Under the pieces are notes generated by a model. The model saw only the letters and a list, made by a program, of their open reading frames with translations, did no database searches and had not been told where the DNA came from. From NCBI GenBank assembly GCA_964016885.1, contig OZ024743.1, positions 79,422,001 through 79,486,000 of the forward strand: DNA of 64,000 nt, read 5' to 3'. This document shows positions 51,174 to 64,000 of this stretch, one piece after another. How positions within the stretch are numbered: the first letter of the stretch is position 1; each line of letters opens with the position of its first letter. The position numbers were made by a program, and so were the translations under genes. Source of the stretch: Eledone cirrhosa. Taxonomy: Eukaryota.

Positions 51174-51611
51174 TAATTACAATTATTCTTTAATAGCATC
51201 TCCTTCTCCAATATCTGGACCTATTTTTATCCTTTAGGAATCAAATTCAAGGAACAAACCTGCCATTAATTTCTTTAATTCTTGAAAAAATGTACACTTA
51301 TTTCTGTCTGTTGAATTTCTTGTGTTTTTTTAAAAATAATTATGTTATTCTACCTTTATATTTTGGTTGTTTTACGTTGAACACCACCACCACCACTACC
51401 AACTCCACCACCATTGTTCTGGTATGGTAGACATACTAAATCACCAGGTTTAAAACCACCACCACCACCACCACCACCACCACCACCACCACCACCACCA
51501 CCACCACCACCACCACTGAGATAGGGTCACAGATTCTCACTTCCTTCTGACTGAGCCAGAATAAGAAAAAAATACAAACTTTTGTCTCCCTCGCGTAGTT
51601 TTTTGGACATT

Positions 51612-51702
<91 letters not shown>

Positions 51703-51845
51703 GAATCCTTTGTATCTCCTTAGACTCCTGTCTTGTGTTTCTCTAACCAAGCTTCACCAGATGTGATAAAGAGAGACAACCTCCTCCACCATCCTTGTAT
51801 ATAAATATGTATGTAAATATGTATATGTATATTTATGTGTGTATA

Positions 51846-51919
<74 letters not shown>

Positions 51920-51978
51920 TATGTGTATTTAAGTATCTATATGTGACTATATGGGTTTGTATATATATGCACACACAC

Positions 51979-52124
<146 letters not shown>

Positions 52125-52126
52125 AT

Positions 52127-52165
<39 letters not shown>

Positions 52166-52167
<2 letters not shown>

Positions 52168-52580
52168 CAATATATTAATAAATGGAAACTATATTTATAG
52201 AACCATATTTATTTTATTATATATATTTCAAGGGCGACCAAGGTAAATTATGGTGCGCTTTCATCAGATAAAATACAGATTTGTTTTATAAATAAATATT
52301 GACATACCCGGAAAAAAGACAACCTCGACGGTTGAAATTTTCTGGGTATGTCAATATTTATTTATAAAACAAATCTGTATTTTATCTGATGAAAGCCCAC
52401 CATAATTTACGTTGGTCGCCCTTGAAATATATATAATAAAATAAATATGGTTTTATAAATATAGTTTCCATTTATTAATATATTGTGTATTTACTCCACT
52501 AACTAGTTGAGTGCTTTATATCAGTTATAAAAACTTTTAAGCTTGTTGAATCCCAACAAATTAAATATAATCTCTGCATA
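52166..52580. mobile_element. Fold-back element family D, HHRs at 52211-52275 (-) and 52378-52442 (+)
   Basis: About 150-bp inverted arms, the right arm extending about 95 nt further. Confidence 0.9.
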
Positions 52581-52589
52581 TATATATAT

Positions 52590-53900
52590 ATGGGTTCCAA
52601 TGATTCGGCGGAAGTAACTGATCTGGTGGGAATTTATATCACCCACAGACTAGAAGGAAAATTCAAGGATCTCCCCGGTGGACTCTACCGTGACGATGCG
52701 CTCCTATTAGTTAAGCATATGAATAACCAGAATTTAGAAAGGATGCGTAAAAATATTAGAAAGCTTTTTAAGGAACTAGGATTAAATATTTCGTTTGAAT
52801 ATAACCTCAAATAGGTTAATTTCCTTGATGTTACTTTGAATCTCAATACAGAAACGATTAAACCGTTCCATAAACTAAATGAGAACCTTAAATATGTAAA
52901 TACGGGTTCTAACCATCCACCCTCTATAATTAAATTCATCCCTAGAAATATTTCCCTTAGAAACTCCAACCAGCAAACCTTCAAAGAACATGCCGAATAT
53001 TATGATGATGCACTTAGGAAGGCTGGACACCTAGATAATATAGAGTATATAGTCGACGATCACCAAAACACCCAAAATAAATCTCATAGAGGTAGAAATA
53101 GCATAGAATCACCACCATACATACACTACCGCAATAGACACACTAATAGTCGCACACCACCAAACAGAAGACGATGTAAAGAGTATATATGGTACAGCCC
53201 GGTCTATAACAACTCTATTAAAACCAATCCACCCTCACAATTCTTTCGATTAGTTAAAAAACATTTTCCAACATCACATAAATATAATAAAATCTTAAAC
53301 CCTAACATTATTCGACTTTCATATGCCCCGCAAAACGGTTGTATAAACGCCTTCCAACACATAACAATACACGTAAAACATCGGCTATAACATCACAAAA
53401 CAACAAATAACATCCCGTCCTGCCTAAGCAACCTCATCAACCCATCCATGGTAATACAACAACGCATAATTATAACTGTAACTGTGTCCAACCAGGAATG
53501 TGTCCGTTGAAAAATCAGTGTCTTGAACGTAACATCATATACACATGTACTATCGAATCGGGTAGCCAGAAGTGGTGCTATGTGGGGTCTACAGCTACCT
53601 CCTTCAAATCTCGCCTTTATAGACATCGTTACTCGATAAAACATGTAAACCAGCGTTGTGTAACAACACTCGCAGACAAGGCTTGGCAGCTGCACGAAAA
53701 TAACTAACAATTTAACCTAAAATGGGATATAATAGCCCCTGCATACTCCAAGGACAGGAATTTTGTAAATTGTGTAATATGGAATTATTTTGTATTATGA
53801 AATCCAAAAATATTTTATTAAATAACAGAATATAGCGATCGTTATACTGTAACCATCGCTTGAAATCTACATTTTCATATTACAAACGCTACCAGGATTG
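52590..53900 (+). pseudogene. Decayed Penelope-like RT plus GIY-YIG
   Basis: MGS..SAE.TDLVG, LYRDD, in-frame TAG at 52812, NFLDVT, SNHPP, WYSPVY, CNCx5Cx5C, IIYTC..YVG; several frameshifts. Confidence 0.9.
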
Positions 53901-54384
53901 AACGCCTGTCTCCATCTCCGTTTGATTGTCAAAATACATATTAACATTCTCTATTAGTCTTAATTCTATCAACTCTTCTATTCTTAACCATTTAATATAA
54001 ACTGCTATAGATAAAATGGGATTTCTTAGTTCAATTCCCTAATGCATATACCAGCAGGCTACCAGCATTGTTGTTATACAGTAGCAGTGAAAATCTCCCT
54101 CTTCCTTACTTGACACTTTATATCTGTATTAATACTACTACACCAAACGACCAGCCCTGTCCGTTGTTCAATTGGTCAAATATAGATTAAAATAGGCACT
54201 CCCAAAAATTCTTATTTAGATAAAATAAGCCATATACTCATTGTATTCTCATTAAAAACCTTCTATATACTTGTTTACCAGCAAATTGAATTGCCATCTG
54301 TCATATACTATCCGCTCTCTTCTTCCTTTCTTACAACTAATATATAAATACTTCAATTTTTCTGATTTTTTTCCAATTTATCCA

Positions 54385-54503
54385 ATATCTCTGAAGAAAT
54401 GACAACTGATTATACATTTGGTATCGAATACTTGCTAACATTATATGATTACGCAAGCACCGATACATAGGTATTCCGTCTGTTACAGAAACATATGTCA
54501 ATA
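54385..54503 (+). ncRNA. Hammerhead-like motif with about 90-nt helix II, downstream of the Penelope pseudogene
   Basis: CUGAAGA at 54391, long hairpin, GAAAC-auau-GUC at 54488-54499, AAUAAA at 54507; helix I imperfect. Confidence 0.55.
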
Positions 54504-54544
54504 CCTAATAAATTCCTTTATAAAAGCACTTTCATTTTATATTC

Positions 54545-55002
<458 letters not shown>

Positions 55003-55184
55003 TATTAATAACTCCGGAAAACCATCTTTGTTGAGTGCTTCCAATCTATTGTAAAACTCATTCTTTGATTTATTCATTGAACCTTGTTTAACCTTTAAAT
55101 ATATATATATATATACAAGTAATGATTTTTTGTCAGAAATGTTTTGTTTTGTTAGTCGTTGTTGTCTTAACACCTTCCCAGTGT

Positions 55185-55460
55185 TAGTGTGAGTGAAATG
55201 GGAGTGAGAAGTGGAGTGGGTGTGAGAGGTGGAGTGGAGGGAGTGAGAAGTGGAGTGGAGGGAGTGAGAGGTGGAGTGGAGGAGTGAGAAGTGGAGTGAG
55301 AAGTGGAATGAAGGAAGTGAGAAGTGGGGTGGGAGTGAGAAGTGGAGTGGAGGGAGTGAAAAGTGGAGTTGGGGAGTGAGAAGTGGAGTGGGGGGAATGA
55401 TAAGTGGAGTGGGAGGAGTGAGAAGTGGAGTGGGAGTGAGAAGTGGAGTGAGAAGTGGAC
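55185..55460. repeat. G-rich (GAGTG/AAGTG)-based repeat
   Basis: Directly visible gagaagtggagtg units. Confidence 0.85.
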
Positions 55461-55523
55461 TGTTCCGTGTGAAATATCTCTATAAACACCCACCCCATCT
55501 AAACAATGAGATATTCCACTAAC

Positions 55524-55586
55524 ACCGCCATCTTGAAGGTTTCGTGGCTTTGACCATAAACGAAGATGAAAGTGATGGATGTGTTT
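55524..55586 (-). CDS. Candidate internal exon (KHIHHFHLRLWSKPRNLQDG)
   Basis: Acceptor ctttctcttctgtcAG; donors GTGTTA (after 55526) or GTTAGT (after 55524); unique island between repeats. Confidence 0.45.
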
Positions 55587-56197
55587 CTGACAGAAGAGAA
55601 AGTGTGGGGATGGTGGGGATGGGGAAGAGGAAGATGAGATGGTGGTGGTGGTGAGGAGGAGGGAGGAGGAAGAGGTGAAGGTGGAGCAAGAGGAGGAGGT
55701 GGAGGAGGAGGAGACAAAGTAGGAAAGAAGAAGTGAAAACAATAAAAATAGAGGCGGGAGCAGACAACAACAATAGCAACATCATAACATTATATAAACA
55801 AGAAGAACAGAATTAAGTGGAACAGAGCTGAGGTAGGGGAGAGAGGGAGAGGGAGAGAGAGGTGGGGGGAAGAGGGTAGGAGAGAGAGATAGTGAGAGAG
55901 AGAGAGTGGGTGAGAGAGATGGGGGAGAGAGAGAGAGAGAGAGAAAGAGGGTCAGAGAGAGAAAGGGGGTGAGAGAGAGAAAGGGGGAGAGAGAGAGGTG
56001 GGGGGAAGAGGGTAAGAGAGAGATAGTGAGAGAAAGAGTGGGTGAGAGAGAGAAAGAGGGTGAGAGAGAGAAAGAGGGTGAGAGAGAGAAAGGGGGTGAG
56101 AGAGAGAGAGAGGTGGGGGGAAGAGGGGAAGAGAGAGAGATAGTGAGAGAAAGAGTGGGTGAGAGAGATGGGAGAAAGAGGGTGAGAGAGAGAAAGG

Positions 56198-56231
<34 letters not shown>

Positions 56232-56774
56232 GAGAGAGAGAGAGATGAATGTTTTAACGAAGCTAATTTCGTGAAGTGTAATATGGCTGCCATGCAATCA
56301 TTACAGGATGGGGGAAGTGTGATGGTGGTGTTGGTGGTGGTGGTGGTAGTGGTGGTAGTGGTGGTGGTGTTAGTGGTGGTGGTGATGGTGGTGGTGGTGA
56401 TGGTAGTGGTGATGGTGGTAGTAGTGATGGTGGTGGTAGTGATGGTAATGGTAGTGGTGATGGTGGTGGTGTTGGTGATGGTGGTGGTGGTGGTGGTGGT
56501 GGTAGTGGTAGTGGTGGTGATGGTGGTGGTGGTGGTGGCGGTGGGGGTGGTGGGGGTGGTAGTGGTGGTGGTGGTAGTAGTGGTGGTTGTGATGGTGGTG
56601 GTGGTGGTGCAGGTGGTGGTGGTGCTGGTGGAGGTGGTGGTGCTGGTGATGGTGGTGCTGGTGGTGGTGTCGTGTTACTGGAACATACAATAGGTGCATC
56701 AGTACAGCTCACTGTTCACCTGCCAAACTGTCAGAGCTAGTGAAAAATATATGCTATTTTCAAAAATATACAGT

Positions 56775-56885
56775 GACTGATCGGCCTGATTTGCATATTA
56801 GCAGACTGGCTGATCAGTCAGATCTGCATATTAGCAGATCCACTGATCAGCCAGATTTGCATATCAGCAGACTGGCTAGTCAGTT
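56775..56885. repeat. 33-bp tandem repeat, about 3.3 copies
   Basis: gatttgcatattagcagactggctgatcagtca at 56788, 56821, 56854. Confidence 0.85.
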
Positions 56886-56947
56886 TCCTGTATACGAGCG
56901 ATAAATGCCTTGCTTTGCCAAATTTAAATATAAAAGAAAATGTTTGC

Positions 56948-57127
56948 TCTTGACTCCTTCTTCCTCACTTTTTGTTGCTTCACCCTTTTTGTTTGTTTAC
57001 ACTCGTGTCCCCTTTATTTACGTGTGCCAACGACTTTTTTTAGCCGTTGCTCGCACCAACCGGAGGTATATGGTCTTTAAAGCGATGAAATACCAATGAT
57101 GGTTGGAAGATCACTGATGAAGGACTA

Positions 57128-57133
<6 letters not shown>
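56948..57133 (+). mobile_element. Family C fragment
   Basis: Matches 13439-13624; ends in (TA)n inside HHR helix II. Confidence 0.85.
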
Positions 57134-57700
<567 letters not shown>

Positions 57701-57803
57701 ATAATAATAAATTTGAAGACTAAAATCCAAAGAGGGCTCGATAAGGATAAATATATATCAAATATATAAGAACCGTAGAGCAAATATTTAATCTGTTATT
57801 TTA

Positions 57804-57856
<53 letters not shown>

Positions 57857-57860
<4 letters not shown>

Positions 57861-58145
57861 GAGGTTATATTTAATTTGTTGGGATTCAACAACCTTAAAC
57901 ATTTTTATAACTGATATAAACCACTCAACAGTTTAGTGGAGTAAATACACAATATATTAATAAATGGATAATATATTTATAAAATCATATTTATTTTATT
58001 ATATATATTTCAAGGGCGACCAAGATAAATTATTGTGCGCTTTCATCAGATAAAATACAGATTTGTTTTATAAATAAATATTGACATACCCGGAAAAAAA
58101 GAAAACATTAACGGTTCCTATCCAGGAAGCTCCAACCGTTAAGGC
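57857..58145 (-). mobile_element. Family D element with HHR at 57993-58056
   Basis: Homologous to 52166-52580. Confidence 0.85.
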
Positions 58146-58372
58146 TGTCTTAAATATTTGACTTAATTACTTTATTTTATATATATACATATATATATAT
58201 ATAAAAATATGCATATACATATAATTCATAGTGTGTGCATCCGTGTATGTACAAACACACATGCACAGACATACACACGCACAGACGCACACATACAGAC
58301 TCACGCACGCATATATATATATATATATATATTTATATATGTGTGTTGTGGTTTATTATATATATAATATAA

Positions 58373-58563
58373 GGGCGGTGGATTGGCAGTATCGGTAGAG
58401 GGTCGAACGCTATGCTTTTTAGCACAGTTACGTCCCTTTACGGACTGAGTTCAAATCCCCCCGAGGTTAACTTTGCCTTTCATCCTTACGGGGTCGATAA
58501 AATAAAGTACCAGTAATAAACTGTTATAATTGCTGGCCTTGTGCCAAAAAGTAGAAACAATTA
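58373..58563 (+). mobile_element. SINE S1
   Basis: Full-length copy. Confidence 0.9.
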
Positions 58564-58608
58564 TCTATATAATTTATAGAGTGTGCATTTGTGTATGTAT
58601 ACACATAT

Positions 58609-58645
<37 letters not shown>

Positions 58646-58924
58646 GAAAAGGGGGAGAGGGAGAGAGAGAGGGAGAGTGAGAGGGAGAGTGAGAGAAAGA
58701 GAGAGAGAGAGAACCTTAAATAGTTTTCTATTTTAAATACAAATACAAACGAAAGACACAGAACCCTAGGGTCATCGGCTATTGAGATGGCCTCGTGCAG
58801 TGTTACCCTCTTCCCTCCCCTACCAATAGTACAGTTAGTAACTCCGGGGTCACAGGCTCTGGCACAAGCCAAACGCTGTTCAGTGGAGTAAGAGACGAAA
58901 GACAAACATTACTTTATATATATA

Positions 58925-59294
58925 TATTATACACACATACACATCCTTATATTAACATACTTTTGCTCATACCTTCGTACTTACATGCACATACACTCTT
59001 TTACTTACATATACACACACATTTCCTCTGATCTTCGTACGGACGTATAATAACACACACACACAAACACATGCTTTCGCACGTGCACAAGTATAGCTAT
59101 TTTTACGTTTTTTTTTTCCATTTCAGGTAGACGTGCTCCATCATCTACTTTTCTAAAAAATAAATCATACACAAAACGCCAGCACCAACAGTTTTGCAAG
59201 AGATGTCAACATGAATGGACCTGTTATTTTTTACCAAAAGACATTTTGTCCAATTCCACCCCACCCGCCCCCTCAGTCTATCTTATTTCTCATT

Positions 59295-59298
<4 letters not shown>
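58925..59298 (+). mobile_element. Family A fragment ending just before the HHR
   Basis: Homologous to 5575-5931. Confidence 0.85.
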
Positions 59299-59364
<66 letters not shown>

Positions 59365-59370
<6 letters not shown>

Positions 59371-59767
59371 AAAAATGAAATTTCATTTCTCACTCTTAGT
59401 AGGGCTGATACTTAAATATAAGTATTTATACGTACATACATATATGTATACAGACGTACAGTAGTATGTATATACATAGATGCACATATATATATATATA
59501 TGTGTACGTATGGGTTTACCGGACATTTATTATAATGCTCGGTTTGTTTGTAAACAAACAGCCCGAATTATTAGCCGTACAGTGTTCGGCAACCATCGTT
59601 GCCATTTTGTTCAACACTGACAAAGGAACGATGAACTAGTTTACAAACAAACCGAGCATTATAATAAATGTTCGGTAAACCCATACGTACATATATATAT
59701 GTGTGCATGTATGTATATGTATACATGCTACTGTACGTCTGTATACATATATGTATGTACGTATACA

Positions 59768-59770
<3 letters not shown>
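59365..59770. mobile_element. Family B fold-back copy
   Basis: Minus arm 59365-59642 matches 9596-9885; plus arm 59639-59770. Confidence 0.85.
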
Positions 59771-59849
<79 letters not shown>

Positions 59850-59904
59850 AAGAAGTTGAAAATGCAGTTTTTGTCTTTATGAAGGTTTATTTACAATAAG
59901 TCAT

Positions 59905-59943
59905 GACTTTACCGGTTTCAAAAATTTCATGATTTTCAAAAGT
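59905..59943 (-). ncRNA. Hammerhead-like motif with U3-A8 core (different element)
   Basis: Minus strand ACUU-UUGAAAA-ucaugaaauuuuu-GAAAC-cg-GUA-AAGU; helix II weak. Confidence 0.5.
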
Positions 59944-60642
59944 TAAGAGAGATGGAGAAATATGTTGTTATGCCGTCCTATTACTCACATCTTACTGGCG
60001 TTAGGATGTTGTATGTAAAAACAAGCGGCCCAGATTGCTATATGTTTGAAATGTAGTTTGATAAGTTGAGGATAATCCCGTGAATAGGTATCGAATTGTT
60101 TGGTAATTTCGCGTCAAAAATCGGGTGTGTCATAGTTCAGTGAATATGGTTAGTGGTAATCCCAAATGGAATTCAAATCCGTCTTCCATGTGGCAAAGAC
60201 ACACGCACAAATATAGGGTTTATATATAACCAAATATGTGTGTTTGCCAGAGCTCTTCCTACTGACTGTGACCAGAGTTCAATTCTCTTCGAGGTCAAAT
60301 CTATATTTCATCTTCTCGGGATCGATAAATACATTACAACCCCAGGAGCTGTGGATTAGTAGAATTGTTAAAACATTGGAAGGGATACTCCGTGGTATCT
60401 GTTCCCACCATTCCACCAGATAACGCCTTGATGATTCAGCCATGATTTGCGACTGGTAGACTGTAACAGTAATGCAAAGATCTATGGAAGTATAATTTTC
60501 TTGGTCAGATCTGACAATCAGCCATATTGTATCTAACACTTTATATAAAGGTTTTGTGTTGATATATAGAAATATCTTTGTGTGTTTATAAATATATACG
60601 TAATAAAGTTTACAATTGCATCAAAGAGAAGATAGCTAATCA

Positions 60643-60821
60643 TTGGCAGTATCGGTCGAGGGTCGGACGCCATGCTTTCCAGCATAGTTACGTCCCTTTA
60701 TAGTTTGAGCTCAAATCCCGTCGAGGTTAACTTTGCCTTTCATCTTACGGGGTCGATAAAATAAAGTACCAGTAATGCACTGGATAATTGCTGGCGTTGT
60801 GCCAAAAGTGGAAACAATTAT
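60643..60821 (+). mobile_element. SINE S1
   Basis: Near full-length copy. Confidence 0.9.
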
Positions 60822-62130
60822 TTTCTGGGTTTTCTTTCAGTCCAAATCAAGATCCTAGGCCTCATTCCCTTACCAAGTGGGGTGATATTTGTAAGATCGG
60901 ACAAAGAAAAGAATGAATTAAAGTGTATTTGCTCAACGATGTAACACATTACCCGACCCGGGAATCGAGCGATTGTTAATCCAACTCTCTAAACACTAAG
61001 CAACGTGCTGTCGGTATCCGAGAAAGCATGGCTTTTCCCAAAAATCCACAATGAGAATAATGCGCTATAGTCAACATTGTATGTCAGTTACTCCATGCTT
61101 GCACGGGATGAACGATGCCCGAAGCTTATTCCGGTTTCATGAACGTTAAGTGACAAAGAGTACCAGATTCCGCAGGATAGGACGCCAACCTATCGCAGGG
61201 CTAACTCTCAGTTACTGCTGGTGAGTGAACTTCAGTAACATTAAATGAAGTGCTTGCTTAAGGGCACAACACGTCAGCGGGACTTGCAATCGAACCACCG
61301 ACTTAATGCTTACAAAGTCATCACTATGCAATATACCTTTACTTTATCTCCGCCATATTGTATCTACTAGTATATATAAAAGGTCTGTGTTGATGTATAA
61401 AAAGGTTGGTGTGTCTATAAATATAGGCAATAAAATGTAATAAAGGGAAGATAACTAATCACTATATTTTGTTCTTTCTACTTTCACTATCGTCAACTGT
61501 AATAATTTCACCATAAACCTACAACCAGAATAATAAATAATCTTAATTACGGATTTAATTACCTGGACAGGAATAACAAAAAAAGGGAAAGGCTAAAGAT
61601 CAGTTATAAAAAAGGTTCACACATATATACACACAACACATACACACACACAACACATACACACACGCAACACATACACACACACAACACACACAACACA
61701 TACACACACATAACACACACACACACACAACACATACACACCCAACACACACACACAACACACACACACACTTATTCCTCAAACACACACACACACACAC
61801 ACACATACACATACATACATATATTCCTCAAACACACACACATACATCCACAGACACACATACACATACACACACTTATTCCTCACACACTTATTCCTCA
61901 CACACATACACATACATACACATACACACATTCCTCACACAAACATAACACATACATAGGCCTTAGGTACATATCACAAACGTTAACATACATCCACACG
62001 CATACATACACATACATACAAAGACACACACAGACACAAGCCTTCCCATACACACACAGATAGACACACACGATCTTACATACACATACACACACGCCTT
62101 CTCAGACACATATACACACAAGCTCTCACT

Positions 62131-62184
<54 letters not shown>

Positions 62185-62565
62185 CTTACATACACACACA
62201 CACACACATAGGTAAACGCATACGACCTCACACTCACACACAGAAACCCTTACATACACACATACATACTGATACCCGAAACATACATAAAACGATCTCT
62301 AAGATATATTGATACTTAGATTTTTCACATCGATCCAATAACTGGAATCAATAATCATTAAATATACTCAAAAATATGATTAAGAGTTATCGATGTAAAA
62401 ATAGATTATCGAACATATTCTACCATTCCTTTATTGTATTTTTTGGACTAGGGTGGCCATGCTGGAGCACCACAAGAGGTTGTAATCGATCATATCAACC
62501 ACAATATTTATTTTAATTAATCCACTGATGATGTTGCAGATGTGCAACGAAAGAACTTTGTTAGG

Positions 62566-62621
<56 letters not shown>

Positions 62622-62875
62622 CTGTATTTTTAACCGTTGATCAGTCAGTGATAAACATTGATTGCCAAATAATTAACTATGGAGATATAAAAGATACAGA
62701 TGCGAAAAACCAAACAAACGGTGAGTGTGTTCTGTTATTATTTCTGGCAATATTATTACAATATGGCCCTCCCCAAGTATAACAATACTTACTTTATCGA
62801 TTACTGTTTATCGAAGGACTATGTCACGTTTGTGTATAAAGGGGATGCAAATTGTTGGTCTGTGTTACACCCACT

Positions 62876-62942
<67 letters not shown>

Positions 62943-62965
62943 ACACACACACACACACATACACA

Positions 62966-63003
<38 letters not shown>

Positions 63004-63006
<3 letters not shown>

Positions 63007-63576
63007 GCTGTGGCCCATCTATTTCGTTCTTACTGCTTCCTCTTTCTCTGTATCTTTACCCTCTCTAGCAGTCACTCTCTCTGTTAGCCTCTTCCTCACC
63101 CTTCACTCACTCATTCTCCGTTACTACCTCTCCTCCTCCTCCTTCTTCTCGTTTGACCTGTGCGTAATTCTTTTCTTTCGCAACCTTGGTCAGGCAGGTC
63201 GCTTTTTTTCTCTCTCTCGTCTACGATTTCACAGAACTTACGTTCGCCGAATTCACAGCCTAGATCCCTTCTTCCTCCCGTTAGACCTGTACGGAATTCC
63301 TTCCTTGCTCACATTCCAACCAGGTTTGATGGTCTTTATTCTCTCTCGTTCACGATTTCACCGAATTTATATTCATGGAAATTTGGGACTTGACTCCTTC
63401 TTCTTCACTTTTCGTTGCTTCACCATCTTTGTTTGTTTACACTCTCGCGTCCCCTTTATTTACGTGTCCCAACGACTTTTTTTTAGCCGTTGCTCGCACC
63501 AACCGGAGGTATATGGTCTTTAAAGCGATGAAATACCAATGATGGTTGGAAGATCACTGATGAAGGACTAACTTTA

Positions 63577-63580
<4 letters not shown>
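63004..63580 (+). mobile_element. Longest family C copy
   Basis: Reverse-complement homologous to 12865-13325; ends gaaggactaactttattc(AT)n. Confidence 0.85.
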
Positions 63581-63615
<35 letters not shown>

Positions 63616-63616
63616 A

Positions 63617-63755
63617 GTTTAGACAAGTTGATACCACAACCATATAAGGTAAATACTGATTAAAAGCTCAAATGCGAATGCGATGTTGTAGTCGTCAGCA
63701 AGAGAGGTAAAAGACAGTTCAGAGTTAAATCCAATCAGTAAATTTCCAACCACAG
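63617..63755 (-). repeat. Unclassified dispersed repeat, copy 2
   Basis: Reverse complement of 3805-3940. Confidence 0.8.
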
Positions 63756-64000
63756 TTACAATATCACAGATCTTATATAAAATGGATAAAACTAACCAGG
63801 ATTAAACTACACAGGATTGATTTGACATGTGGCTGGTAAATAATTGTTATGTTGTTTCACAGATTCTGAAGAAACTAATACAGTAGAAATATATTTTCCT
63901 ACTGTATTGATTGAAACATTAGTAAATCAATTAAATAATTTAATGTAATTTAATTCTAGTTATGTTCATTTATTTATATACTAATTTGTCTGTTAACACC

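Larger units (their letters stand above)
50010..51340 (-). pseudogene. Old decayed RTE LINE interrupted by two SINEs
   Basis: Minus-strand peptides YREELYR..EFEREPMIMEAE and VYMCIIYYCKGFYCVD resemble RTE WKEY.EELY, EPEILESE and FIDYSKAFDCVD. Confidence 0.65.

Noticed and set aside
52812-52814. Recoded stop (selenocysteine or readthrough) in the PLE ORF
   Set aside because: It is TAG rather than TGA, and the element has other frameshifts, so simple decay explains it
55185-55460. Interstitial telomere
   Set aside because: Units are GAGTG/AAGTG-based, not TTAGGG

Overview
Repeat-saturated eukaryotic genomic DNA, most likely from an octopod cephalopod (inferred from SINE type and microsatellite load). 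Most long ORFs in the track are microsatellite artefacts. Recognisable content: Penelope-like retroelements (RT plus C-terminal GIY-YIG with a CxCx5Cx5C linker; one nearly clean, three decayed), RTE LINE and mariner remnants, over ten tRNA-derived SINE copies, a 34 x 64 bp satellite, and several candidate exons of an unidentified minus-strand host gene. The main hidden signal, counted by eye, is about 30 type I hammerhead ribozyme (HHR) motifs from more than a dozen different sequence families. They sit in short non-coding modules inserted in (TA)n tracts, often as head-to-head fold-backs. The set includes a U3-A8 core variant, and one HHR-like motif whose helix II has amplified into the 2.2 kb satellite. 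All coordinates were read manually and may be off by a few bases.
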